64,000 bases of DNA from Butyrivibrio sp. (GTDB lineage Bacteria; Bacillota; Clostridia; Lachnospirales; Lachnospiraceae). The notes beneath the pieces were generated by a model. The model was given only the letters and a program-made list of their open reading frames with translations, was not told where the DNA came from and did no database searches. The DNA is taken from the NCBI RefSeq assembly GCF_017940685.1, contig NZ_JAGAYD010000015.1:3785-67784 (forward strand). The letters are read 5' to 3'. Of this stretch, positions 1 through 9,605 are shown in pieces. A program made the position numbers and the translations under genes. Every line of letters begins with the position of its first letter. Position 1 is the first letter of the stretch.

Positions 1-135
1 CCGATAGGGACACTTGGCAGTGTAGTATGTACGGTATGTGCGGAAAAGGCAATGAGAAATAGTTTAGACAGCATGTCAAGATACAACGAACTCATGGAAA
101 GGTATAATGCGCACTTTTCATTTGGTGAGGTTTAG
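1..135 (+). CDS. 3' end of a hypothetical protein (partial)
   Basis: Frame 1 is open from base 1 to TAG at 133-135 (PIGTLGSVVCTVCAEK...FGEV*) and is followed by hairpins. Confidence 0.35.
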   Translation, partial: PIGTLGSVVCTVCAEKAMRNSLDSMSRYNELMERYNAHFSFGEV

Positions 136-165
136 ATAACCAAGAAGCATGAGAATCCGAATTTT

Positions 166-190
166 AAACCTACCGAATTCGGTAGGTTTT
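166..190 (+). terminator. Perfect 24-bp palindrome, probable terminator
   Basis: aaacctaccgaattcggtaggttt is self-complementary and flanked by T runs. Confidence 0.5.
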
Positions 191-209
191 AGGCTGTAGA
201 CAGAGTCTG

Positions 210-242
210 AGCTCTTGGGAAATAATCCCAGGAGCTTTTTTC
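210..242 (+). terminator. Intrinsic terminator-like hairpin
   Basis: agctcttggga/tcccaggagct stem, loop aataa, followed by a T-tract. Confidence 0.55.
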
Positions 243-323
243 AACCGCAGGTATAGAGACAACTGGCTTTCCATAGACTTATACTTTTTTCATGAAATAC
301 AGAAATCAAGGAGATGCGTTTTT

Positions 324-1436
324 ATGAAGGTTATAAGTACTGGATCCAAATTTGATATATATCCAGATGATTTAAAAAGTTACGATAAGCTTCCCGCTGA
401 TTATTATGTGGTTAGATTTGTTGAGAAACAAGGATTCTTTCTTGAAAAATATTCCGAATTCAAGATAACAGATACTAAGATATATGGAATTCATACGCAG
501 AAGGCTGATAAAGTGCTGGATTCATTTGCGGTTTTTAAGAGAAGCCTTGGCGTAATACTAAGTGGTGATAAGGGAATCGGAAAGTCGCTGTTTTCTAGGC
601 TATTGGGCGTGAAAGCAATAGAGAAGGATATCCCAGTTATTATTGTTGATGCCTATAAAGAAGGAATAGGGGCTTTCTTGGATAGTATTCAACAGGAAAT
701 AATGGTGCTGTTTGACGAGTTTGATAAGACTTTTTCTGAAAAAGAACACGGCGCAGAGGCTCAAAATAGCTTGCTGTCTTTATTCGACGGAGTAGCTTCA
801 GGGAAGAAACTATTTGTAATAACATGCAATGAGCTAAGAGGACTTAACGATTTTTTAGTTAACAGACCTGGAAGATTTCATTATCATTTTCGATTTGATT
901 ATCCAAATGAAGAGGATATCAGGAAATACCTTAGAGATGCTATTAGAATAGACGCTTCTTCTGAAGTTGACAAGGTGGTTGATTTTTCTAAAAGGGTTGC
1001 GCTTAACTACGATTGTCTTCGTGCAATAGCTTTTGAAATAAATAATGGTCTGGAGTTTTCAGAAGCTATTAAAGATCTAAATATTGTAAATATAGAAAGA
1101 GAGAAGTTTCAATTGCTTGTTCTGTTCAAGGATGGATCGACTTTGATAAACAAAAAAGTATCGATGGATTCATTCAGTAAAGAAACAGAAGAATTCTCAC
1201 TTTACGAAGTGGGTGGCGGATATGCTGGAAGTATTTCGTTCTGTCCTTGTGATATAAAGTACAACGCAGGTACACGTGAACTTTATCTGGAAGATGAAGA
1301 TGTGGTACTTGGATACGACGATTACGATCTTGATTATGACGAAAGCAAAAAGAAGGTAGACGGCTTGAGAAACCGTGGAGTCAAGAAAATAGTGATAAAT
1401 AGAGTAAATGAGAATAGACTTCATTATGCTGTTTAA
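324..1436 (+). CDS. AAA+ ATPase
   Basis: Walker A GDKGIGKS, Walker B VLFDEFD, NRPGRF arginine-finger motif; RBS aaggag. Confidence 0.85.
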   Translation: MKVISTGSKFDIYPDDLKSYDKLPADYYVVRFVEKQGFFLEKYSEFKITDTKIYGIHTQKADKVLDSFAVFKRSLGVILSGDKGIGKSLFSRLLGVKAIEKDIPVIIVDAYKEGIGAFLDSIQQEIMVLFDEFDKTFSEKEHGAEAQNSLLSLFDGVASGKKLFVITCNELRGLNDFLVNRPGRFHYHFRFDYPNEEDIRKYLRDAIRIDASSEVDKVVDFSKRVALNYDCLRAIAFEINNGLEFSEAIKDLNIVNIEREKFQLLVLFKDGSTLINKKVSMDSFSKETEEFSLYEVGGGYAGSISFCPCDIKYNAGTRELYLEDEDVVLGYDDYDLDYDESKKKVDGLRNRGVKKIVINRVNENRLHYAV

Positions 1437-1473
1437 GCTAAACGCGATAATTCGCTAAGGAGAATAACGCTTT

Positions 1474-2559
1474 ATGAATTTGCCTATTACAGTTAATCAA
1501 GAAGATTTATTGGAAATTCTACTCAACATTGCGCCTGCAAGACCGGTGTTTATTTGGGGAGCTCCCGGAATAGGAAAGTCTGCCTTGGTTGAGAAGTTTG
1601 CCATGGAGGTTGGCCTTGAGTGTGTTTCGCTTTTGGGCTCTCAGCTTGCGCCGGAGGATATTATTGGAATTCCACAGATAAGAGGAGAAACTTCGGAGTT
1701 TCTTCCGCCTAAGATGATTGCTAGAAAGGAGCCATACGTTCTTTTCCTGGATGAGCTTAATGCATGTACGCAGGAAGTGCAGAAGGCATTTTATAGTCTT
1801 ATATATGAGAGAAGGATTGGTGAGTATCACCTTCCTGAGGGCAGTGTAGTTATCGGTGCAGGAAACAGAGCCCAGGACTCCGCCATTGTAAAGACCATGT
1901 CTAGTGCGCTGATCAATAGGATGTTCCATGTTCAGCTCAAGCCTGATGTTAAGAGCTGGCTTTCATGGGCTTATGAGAGCGGTATTCATAGCTGGATAAC
2001 TGATTATATCAGTCAGAGGCCAGATCATCTTTTCTCTGATCCACCCAAAACCGAGGAACCCTTTTCTACGCCAAGATCCTGGCACATGCTCAGCGATGCG
2101 CTGAAGGAGTTTGGCGCTGGAGATAAAGAGATTCCAATCGAGACGATCAGAATGCTTGCTTACGGAAGTGTAAGTGCGAGCCATGCTGGGATGTTTGCAG
2201 CATTTGTTAAGCAGCTCGATAACAAGTATTTGCTTGAAGATATTATCAAAGGTGAAGCCAAGTGGCCTGATAAACCTGAGGATAGAGATGTACTGTACTT
2301 CCTCGCTCAGTCCTTCCGAGCAAGACTTCTTCATGATCTGCCTACGCAGAAGTCGGAGATAGACAAGAAAAATCAGTATTTTGCTCATAGGGCGAAAGCT
2401 CTTTTGAAGGAGCTGGCACAGCTTAACTATGAGCTTGCACAGATGGTGGTATCTGCAGATGATGGCAAGATCCTTCCTGAGTGGTTCATGGTTGAGATAG
2501 TAAGGGATTTGCCACGCCTTGCATCACAGGATAAGAAAAAAGATGGGAAAACAGCGTAA
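1474..2559 (+). CDS. MoxR-like AAA+ ATPase
   Basis: Walker A GAPGIGKS, Walker B LFLDELN, GAGNR sensor, SALINR; RBS aaggag; overlaps the vWA gene. Confidence 0.9.
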   Translation: MNLPITVNQEDLLEILLNIAPARPVFIWGAPGIGKSALVEKFAMEVGLECVSLLGSQLAPEDIIGIPQIRGETSEFLPPKMIARKEPYVLFLDELNACTQEVQKAFYSLIYERRIGEYHLPEGSVVIGAGNRAQDSAIVKTMSSALINRMFHVQLKPDVKSWLSWAYESGIHSWITDYISQRPDHLFSDPPKTEEPFSTPRSWHMLSDALKEFGAGDKEIPIETIRMLAYGSVSASHAGMFAAFVKQLDNKYLLEDIIKGEAKWPDKPEDRDVLYFLAQSFRARLLHDLPTQKSEIDKKNQYFAHRAKALLKELAQLNYELAQMVVSADDGKILPEWFMVEIVRDLPRLASQDKKKDGKTA

Positions 2560-4405
2560 AGAAAAAGAAGATCCAAATCTCATCCGGCTTAATCAAGGAA
2601 TTGCAATTCTTGATGAACACGATGTATTTAAGCATCTGATTCTATTTAATCTTAGAATTGCAGGAAAGAATGAGCTTGGAAAGAAAACTCCTGCAATCTC
2701 TAATTCTAATGGACTAATTCTGGTTAACAAGAATATAAGTCTTTCACCTAAGCAGTGGGCATATGCTATAGCCCACTGCATTTTGCATAATTGCTTTGGA
2801 CATTATGATGAGGATAAGGTTCCCGGGTATTTCGAGGTTGATGAAACCGGAAAAAAGATAAAGAGGGTGAACTTCAACAAAAAGCTTTGGAATATAGCCT
2901 GTGACATATATGTTGATAGATTTCTTCATGATATCAGACTTGGCGAGCCGCTTAATCAGTCTCCTGTCGGAGTTATACCCTTCAGTATCATGGAGGATGA
3001 ACAAAAGATATATGACTATCTTATCAGGGAAAACTGGAATGAGGATAACAACATATACGGAGTAGGTGCGCTGGATTCCATGGACATGGTCGGATTGGAC
3101 AAGCCCTTGGTGTACAAAAAGGACCGATGGGGAGTTCAGGAACAGAATGAATTTGCCAGTGATTTTGCTTATTATCTGGCTAAGTCGGTTTCCAATGCAA
3201 TTGATTATGTGGCTGATCATGAGGATGATAACTCTTTTGGAAAAAGAATTGCCAGCTGGTTTATAAATACGTTTCCACTCTTAGGAGCTATCGCATCGTC
3301 CTTCAAGATAGTGGAAGATATAAATGAATGTAGAAAATATGACATCAGTACTGCAGCTGTTGACGCCTATGAGGGAATTATCTATATCAATACATCAAAG
3401 AGCATGTCTGATGAGGAGTGGCGCTTTGTTATGGCGCATGAATTCATGCATGCAGCTCTTTTACATCATACAAGAGCTGCAGGTAGGGACCATTATCTTT
3501 GGAATATTGCAACGGACTACGTTATCAATGGCTGGCTTGTAGATATGAAAGTGGGATCAATGCCAGAAGGCGTCTTATATGATCCTAAGCTCAAAAATAT
3601 GTCTGCAGAAGAAATCTATGATGAGATCATTCTGGATATGAGAACCTACATGAAGCTTAATACCTTCAGAGGAAACGGTCAGGGCGATATCATGGGAAAA
3701 AGAGCTCCAGCCTCCTTTGGAGGGCAGGGAAGGGGCGTTTCTTTAGATGAGTTCTATAGGAATGCTCTTAATCAAGGGCTTGAATATGAATTGGCAAGAA
3801 GGGGCAGAGGCTATATTCCTGCAGGGCTTGTGCAGGAGATAAGGGCGCTTGCGGTACCACCTGTGCCTTGGGATGTTAAGTTATCAGAGTGGTTCAATGC
3901 ACATATAAGGCCGCTTGAAAAACATAGAAGCTATGCTCATCCCAGTAGGAGACAGAGTAGTACTCCGGATATTCCAAGAGCAAGCTATGTGATCACAGAG
4001 ACAGATAATGCAGCCAGAACTTTTGGAGTGATCATTGATACCTCAGGATCAATGAATGCTGAAGATATTGGAAAAGCGCTGGGGGCTGTATCAAGCTACG
4101 CTGCAGCAAGAGACGTAATGGCTGCCAGAGTGATTTTTTGCGATGCGGATGCTTACGATGGTGGCTACATGACTCCGGATGAAATCGCAGGAAAGGTCAA
4201 GGTTGTTGGCCGAGGAGGAACAAGAATCCAACCTGCCGTAGATCTTTTGCAGAGAGCAAAGGACTTTCCTAAGGACGGACCAATACTGATCATTACTGAT
4301 GGATGGATCGAGGATCACCTGGATATTAAGCGTGAACATGCCTATATACTTCCCACCGGAGGAAGGCTTCCGTTCAGGGCTAGAGGTGAAGTTTTCTACA
4401 TGTAA
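2543..4405 (+). CDS. DUF2201-type putative metallopeptidase + C-terminal vWA domain protein
   Basis: HEFMH (HExxH) plus an earlier degenerate HCILH copy; MIDAS DTSGS, GGGT-like GRGGT, ITDG; start reassigned to ATG 2543. Confidence 0.85.
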   Translation: MGKQRKEKEDPNLIRLNQGIAILDEHDVFKHLILFNLRIAGKNELGKKTPAISNSNGLILVNKNISLSPKQWAYAIAHCILHNCFGHYDEDKVPGYFEVDETGKKIKRVNFNKKLWNIACDIYVDRFLHDIRLGEPLNQSPVGVIPFSIMEDEQKIYDYLIRENWNEDNNIYGVGALDSMDMVGLDKPLVYKKDRWGVQEQNEFASDFAYYLAKSVSNAIDYVADHEDDNSFGKRIASWFINTFPLLGAIASSFKIVEDINECRKYDISTAAVDAYEGIIYINTSKSMSDEEWRFVMAHEFMHAALLHHTRAAGRDHYLWNIATDYVINGWLVDMKVGSMPEGVLYDPKLKNMSAEEIYDEIILDMRTYMKLNTFRGNGQGDIMGKRAPASFGGQGRGVSLDEFYRNALNQGLEYELARRGRGYIPAGLVQEIRALAVPPVPWDVKLSEWFNAHIRPLEKHRSYAHPSRRQSSTPDIPRASYVITETDNAARTFGVIIDTSGSMNAEDIGKALGAVSSYAAARDVMAARVIFCDADAYDGGYMTPDEIAGKVKVVGRGGTRIQPAVDLLQRAKDFPKDGPILIITDGWIEDHLDIKREHAYILPTGGRLPFRARGEVFYM

Positions 4406-4461
4406 TTTAAAGGGCGATAAATAGTACACCTTATGAGTACAATAAGGTAGTAGGAGATACT

Positions 4462-5064
4462 ATGACTACTAAAGAAAAGATCATTTTTGAGATAAATGGT
4501 GCTGATGCTAAGAAGCTAAAGAGATTTGAGCGACAGCATAAGAACTGCCCTATGGGAATGGAGGGAGGAAGATTTTCTTATACATTTATACCCACAGGTC
4601 TTGGACTTGCAATAACAGTGAAATGCTCGTGCGGACAGCAGCTTCTTCTCGGAGACTTTTTAGATGGACCAGGTGCGGAGTATGATGAGGAAAATTTACG
4701 GCCATTAACTGAGGATGGCATTAAGAATAAACAGTTTGAGGAAGCTGCTCTGATGATACTAGGTCTTGAGGATCGCAGATTCTTTAAGATGGCTATTGGA
4801 CTGGAGCAGTCCTTTGAGATTGTTTATGCCTATGCTGTGGGAGTCGCACGTTATGGAGATCCAAGGATATCAAAGGCGATTCTTTATAAGGTAAGCGTAA
4901 ATGCACTGCATAGACAAGTGAAGAATTATACAGGGACTGAAGAAGAAAACCTGGAGAAATTCTTTGAGCATTTTAAGTCAGTGGTTTTGGAAGAGATGGA
5001 TAAGTACCATTCTGACAATGAGAGGCTTAGAGAAAAGTGTTTGAGCAAGCAGAATAAGTATTGA
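4462..5064 (+). CDS. Hypothetical protein
   Basis: 200-aa ORF with RBS aggag; CxCG motif. Confidence 0.7.
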   Translation: MTTKEKIIFEINGADAKKLKRFERQHKNCPMGMEGGRFSYTFIPTGLGLAITVKCSCGQQLLLGDFLDGPGAEYDEENLRPLTEDGIKNKQFEEAALMILGLEDRRFFKMAIGLEQSFEIVYAYAVGVARYGDPRISKAILYKVSVNALHRQVKNYTGTEEENLEKFFEHFKSVVLEEMDKYHSDNERLREKCLSKQNKY

Positions 5065-5127
5065 TGACCATTTTGCCCAAGTGGGAAAAATGGATGAAAT
5101 GGGTGTTGCACAAAAAGGAGATTGAAA

Positions 5128-5985
5128 ATGGGAAGAGACGAAAACGTTATTATTTTTGAAAATGCACAGCTGCTCTGCAAGGAGAATAAAAAACTCAGTG
5201 AAGCAATTGCGGCGTCAAATTCTGCACAGAAGCTGATTTTGGAAAAGGATCAGATTCCTGAAGCTGATAAGAATAGATATGAGGAACAGGCAAAGGTTGT
5301 CATTTCAAAAAAGAGGTCCTATGAAGCAGCAAGTGCGTATAAAGATATGAAGGTGGCAGTTCATAACTTTGCTTCTGCATCAAACCCGGGCGGTGGAGTA
5401 GTTCGCGGATCAACAGCTCAGGAGGAGTGTTTGTGCAGATGTTCAACGCTGTATTTTAATCTTGATGTAAAGGAAATGTGGTATGGGTTTTATAACCCAC
5501 ATCGTGCAGCTCACGATCCAATCCATAACGACGATATTATCTATACGCCAGATGTAGTAGTGTTTAAGACTGATACGGCGTATCCGCAGGTAATGCCAGA
5601 AAATGAATGGTATAAGGTTGATGTTATAACCTGCGCTGCGCCGAATCTCAAACCTAACCCAACAAATTATTTTAATCCGGGTGATGGCAACAAGCAGGCT
5701 AAGCTCAATGACAATGAGCTGCTTGCGCTTCATGAAAAGAGACTTAGGAGAATTCTTGAAGTAGCTGCTAATAATGGTGCTGAAGCGGTAATCCTTGGTG
5801 CCTTCGGCTGCGGAGCATTCCAGAACAAGCCAGAGGTTGTAGCTTTGGCAGCTAAGAATGTGATTAAAGATTATTTGCATGCCTTTAAGGTAATCGAGTA
5901 TGCGGTTTACTGTGGCCCAAGGGATGATAGGAATTATAAGGTGTTTGAAAGGACGCTGAAGTTGTTCGCACAGGAAAAGAAATAA
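5128..5985 (+). CDS. TIGR02452-family microbial PARG-like macrodomain protein
   Basis: NFASASNPGGGVVRGSTAQEE PARG signature; ILGAFGCGAF macrodomain loop. Confidence 0.88.
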   Translation: MGRDENVIIFENAQLLCKENKKLSEAIAASNSAQKLILEKDQIPEADKNRYEEQAKVVISKKRSYEAASAYKDMKVAVHNFASASNPGGGVVRGSTAQEECLCRCSTLYFNLDVKEMWYGFYNPHRAAHDPIHNDDIIYTPDVVVFKTDTAYPQVMPENEWYKVDVITCAAPNLKPNPTNYFNPGDGNKQAKLNDNELLALHEKRLRRILEVAANNGAEAVILGAFGCGAFQNKPEVVALAAKNVIKDYLHAFKVIEYAVYCGPRDDRNYKVFERTLKLFAQEKK

Positions 5986-6196
5986 AGTGATAGCATTGAA
6001 ATGCTAATAAAAGAAGTGATTAGTAGAGCAAAGAATAGCAGGTGTTTGTTAAAATAATTTAACAAACACCTGTTTGTACATTGGGGGTTGAATATTTCTT
6101 GAAATGTGGTAAAATAAGTAAAATTGAAGTAATTGCTCATGCTGATTAACTAGTAAATTTCACGGATACATATAATTTAATATAACAGGTGTTACA

Positions 6197-7021
6197 ATGG
6201 CTAATAATGATCAGATTAATAATCAAGAGTTTGCTGATATTGTTAGATCTGCACGAGGCAATAGAAGCCTAAGAGAGTATGCTCAACTTGCAAACGTTAG
6301 CTATATGACAATATATAAGGCTGAGCGAGGAGAGTACATACCAAGTTCAAAGACAATCAAGAAGTTATCTACAGGGCTTGCCAATCCTCAGAATGGTGTT
6401 ACGTATGAGGATATGATGGTGGCTGCTGGATATCAGGATAAGGAAGCCGTGTCTGAAACGGCCAGCATTTTAGCTGAGCAGATGGTAGAAGAATCCTATT
6501 CTGACAATAATAATCAGCCAATTGTCACGATAAACCATAAAGGAATTAGCATGGCTGGCAATAGGGGAAGATTAGACTATCTCGAATACGAGAGACGGGT
6601 AACAGGGATTATTCTTTCATCGATGGTGCAGAACAATATATATTTCAGTAATAATAGAGCTTATGATGGAGGCATTAGATCAAGAGTACCGGATGTTATT
6701 CTCGATATTGAGAAGGCTCCAATTACACAGTGGTGGTTTGAAATAAGATATTTTTCAGAGACACGAAGGTTTACACCTATAAGTGTACAGCTTACATTAG
6801 CGAATGCTCTTGCATATCAAAACTCTAAGACAACAAAAGGATCTATTGTAGTAAATACTAAGGATGCATTTGATTTTTTGGCAAGAAGGGCTTATCAAAT
6901 CGCTTACAGAGGAGAGTTGTCGGTAATATTGGTGGATGAGTTCGAACAGAAGGTGATAGCAGAGCGCTATTTATCAAATTATTTTGAAGGAGATCATAGC
7001 TCGGAAATTCTGTTGGTTTAA
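6197..7021 (+). CDS. XRE HTH regulator with C-terminal restriction-endonuclease-like domain
   Basis: N-terminal RGNRSLREYAQLANVSYMTIYKAERG HTH; C-terminal PDVILD...FEIR resembles a PD-(D/E)xK core. Confidence 0.7.
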   Translation: MANNDQINNQEFADIVRSARGNRSLREYAQLANVSYMTIYKAERGEYIPSSKTIKKLSTGLANPQNGVTYEDMMVAAGYQDKEAVSETASILAEQMVEESYSDNNNQPIVTINHKGISMAGNRGRLDYLEYERRVTGIILSSMVQNNIYFSNNRAYDGGIRSRVPDVILDIEKAPITQWWFEIRYFSETRRFTPISVQLTLANALAYQNSKTTKGSIVVNTKDAFDFLARRAYQIAYRGELSVILVDEFEQKVIAERYLSNYFEGDHSSEILLV

Positions 7022-7080
7022 CAGAAACTGAATCTTTTGAAAGGGGTGATGCTTAGTGAAAGCCTATGGCCCGGAAAAAT

Positions 7081-7110
7081 AAAAGAGAGACGTTCGTCAA
7101 AACGTCTCTC
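7081..7110. terminator. Hairpin with 5' A-run
   Basis: gagagacgtt/aacgtctctc 10-bp stem downstream of the XRE gene. Confidence 0.45.
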
Positions 7111-7360
7111 CTGAAATGAATCAGATGCGTCAACATCTGACCAATATGAAGTATTTTTGAACCCTGTCCGAGTTCACTTCATATCCATAAGATACCATTT
7201 TGCACTTTTTTTTGCAATCACCGTACAGTTTAATGGTGTTCTTAAAAAATTCATTTCAGGTATTTTTCCCAGTTTAACAACAATATATGGAACTTGTTGG
7301 GTGCTTTTGGCATGTATTATGCCAATGGCTACGTTTGTTTACCGTAAAGGGAGGGAGATA

Positions 7361-7630
7361 ATGCCTATTAGAGTTATTAATTGTCAGGCCACATGCGCCA
7401 ATCTTAAGCGACTCATGGAAGAAAAGGGGCTTAAGCCCAAGGATATCCGAGATATACTCAATCTGGATTCTGTTCAGAGCGTGTATAAGTGGTATGCCAC
7501 AGCAAGAGGGAAGGGGAGCAGTGTTCCTTCAGTGGATAATGTCATAATACTTGCGTATATCCTTGGAGTTACATTAGATGAAATTTACGTCACCAATGAG
7601 GTGCTTTATGAGGTTAAGAAAAGGCCATGA
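7361..7630 (+). CDS. XRE-family HTH regulator
   Basis: NLKRLMEEKGLKPKDIRDILNLDSVQSVYKW HTH; start reassigned to ATG 7361 after RBS gggaggga. Confidence 0.8.
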   Translation: MPIRVINCQATCANLKRLMEEKGLKPKDIRDILNLDSVQSVYKWYATARGKGSSVPSVDNVIILAYILGVTLDEIYVTNEVLYEVKKRP

Positions 7631-8268
7631 AATCTAGAGTTTATTTGATCGACTACGAGAATGTTCACAAGGAGGGTCTAGAGGGAGCGGAAGCTCTCTC
7701 TAGATCTGACAGAGTCATAGTATTCTACAGTGTTAAAGCTGATTCTATTTCCATTGACACATTAAATAAGTGCAAGGCAAAGATAGAGTTTATTAAGGCT
7801 GAAGTAGGAACGCTCAATGCGATGGATTTCCAGCTTGTAGGATATCTTTTTTATCACATGAAGAAGAACAGAGATTATTACATAATTACTCGTGATCAGG
7901 GATTTAGAGCAATACTGAACATGGCTAAGAACTTAGGAATGTCAGTAAAAATCAAAGCATATATTGGCGAGAAAGATCTTGAAGATAAAGTAATAAAATT
8001 CAGTGAAGCAGACAAAGAGATGACGGAGTATGGTATAGACTCACGCGCCATTGTGAAAGTTGCGAGCCTTATTAGAACAAGCATTGGCATAGTACCAACG
8101 CCTGATGTCTTACAAATGGTTATCGACGGGATTAAGAATTATCCTACGAAAGCAGATTTTTATTTGTATTGCACCAGAACTCTAGGACAGGCTCCTGGTC
8201 AGGCCTTTTATTCAAGCATAAAAAAGAAATTTCTTGAGATCAAGGAAATTGTTGACTTGGCATCATGA
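7627..8268 (+). CDS. PIN/NYN-like domain protein
   Basis: YLIDYENV, DFQL and ITRDQGF acidic PIN-type motifs; ATGA overlap with the upstream HTH gene. Confidence 0.7.
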   Translation: MKSRVYLIDYENVHKEGLEGAEALSRSDRVIVFYSVKADSISIDTLNKCKAKIEFIKAEVGTLNAMDFQLVGYLFYHMKKNRDYYIITRDQGFRAILNMAKNLGMSVKIKAYIGEKDLEDKVIKFSEADKEMTEYGIDSRAIVKVASLIRTSIGIVPTPDVLQMVIDGIKNYPTKADFYLYCTRTLGQAPGQAFYSSIKKKFLEIKEIVDLAS

Positions 8269-8995
8269 GATTTATGTAGCATTCTTTTGTGGCAGGAAGC
8301 ATATCCCAGAAAAGCGTTTCTGTTATGCCTTTCATAACTACAATAATGCTATTGTGGAGCTTTCTGTCGAATGATTTGGTTTTATATTCGTTCTCTTTTG
8401 CTGCGGAATAGATATGCATGTGGTTACGGAGGTGATAAGCTTGTCTGATTTGCTGGAATTGTTCGGAAGAAAGGTTGAGTATTCCTTTACTTTCTATTGC
8501 ATCAAGCTTTTGGGCGAAGGCTTTTACTTTGGGCATGAAGAATTCACAATGGTCATGATCGGGGCATGATCCGCAATATGCGTGCATATCATCATAAACC
8601 TGTCCAATCAGTGATTCGATTATGCAGACATAGTTTATGATGGCAGCTTTATAGATCATTGTCTCGAGAGAACCAAATACATAGAAACGGTTCAGAATGT
8701 AGTTGTATAGATCTGACATTTGCAGACTATAGGCTACATTGCTGACTACTTCATTGTTGGAAAAGAAATACTGAAGTTTGTATTTACGGACATAAAATTC
8801 TTTTGTTCTTATGTATTTAGATGGGAAATGGATTCGCTTTTTTACGCTTGGCGCGTAATTTGTAGCAGGTGGCTCTAATCCCATTTGTCTGCAAAGAGTT
8901 TCGTTTTCGGTGAGAAGTTCAGATATCTTGGCGTTGTTGCTGATGATCTGGGCTTTGATTTCATCTATTGAAAGTGGGGTGATGGAATTGTACAT
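8240..8995 (-). CDS. Hypothetical protein, possible HEPN-like RNase
   Basis: 251-aa ORF; IIESL early and RNHMH near the C-terminus. Confidence 0.65.
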   Translation of the reverse strand: MYNSITPLSIDEIKAQIISNNAKISELLTENETLCRQMGLEPPATNYAPSVKKRIHFPSKYIRTKEFYVRKYKLQYFFSNNEVVSNVAYSLQMSDLYNYILNRFYVFGSLETMIYKAAIINYVCIIESLIGQVYDDMHAYCGSCPDHDHCEFFMPKVKAFAQKLDAIESKGILNLSSEQFQQIRQAYHLRNHMHIYSAAKENEYKTKSFDRKLHNSIIVVMKGITETLFWDMLPATKECYINLMMPSQQFP

Positions 8996-9191
8996 AAAGT
9001 GTAATCTCCCGGCGAGAAGTGGCCTGATGTTTGATTATGTTTCCAATAGCTATTATATCAGACATTTCTTTCGCTTATATGTGAATGTTGAGAAAAAGTA
9101 AACCACAGGTATATTTTTTTCCTGCTCATATTATGGTAATATATGCGAGCGGGATGGCGTTGATGATTCTTTTTTGTAGAAGGAGGCGACC

Positions 9192-9563
9192 ATGGATATT
9201 TTTGATGTGTTTGTAGACATGCAGGCGACTGGTGATCGGATCAAGCAGCTTCGTAAAGAGAAACACATGAGAGTATTTGATCTTGCAAATGCTCTGGGAC
9301 TTGAATCTGAGCAGGCCATTTATAAATGGCAGCACGGTCAGTGTTTACCAAACGCTGACAATCTTGTAAGACTTAGCATATTGTTTGGATGCCATATTGA
9401 TGACATTCTTATTCATAACATGACAGGAGAGGACGAAAGTCCTCTTCTTCCTTTATACGAGGAATTTGGAAGGACTTGGCGTTTATGTGCCAGGTCCTTT
9501 TTTCAACTACACGGTGAATGTAATTTGCGGTTGACGTCTTTAGAATGGTTGTATAGGCAATGA
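9192..9563 (+). CDS. XRE-family HTH regulator (C-terminal extension probably spurious)
   Basis: RBS aggagg; GDRIKQLRKEK...AIYKWQHGQCLP HTH; the ORF runs through two hairpins. Confidence 0.75.
   Translation: MDIFDVFVDMQATGDRIKQLRKEKHMRVFDLANALGLESEQAIYKWQHGQCLPNADNLVRLSILFGCHIDDILIHNMTGEDESPLLPLYEEFGRTWRLCARSFFQLHGECNLRLTSLEWLYRQ
9470..9503 (+). terminator. Intrinsic terminator
   Basis: aaggacttggc/gccaggtcctt stem plus T-tract. Confidence 0.6.
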
Positions 9564-9605
9564 TTCAATACCTCAGTGGAGGTCAGCGTATTAGGAGGGA
9601 GCATC

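Noticed and set aside
7157-7360. N-terminal extension of ORF 7157-7630
   Set aside because: AT-rich promoter-like sequence; strong RBS points to ATG 7361.
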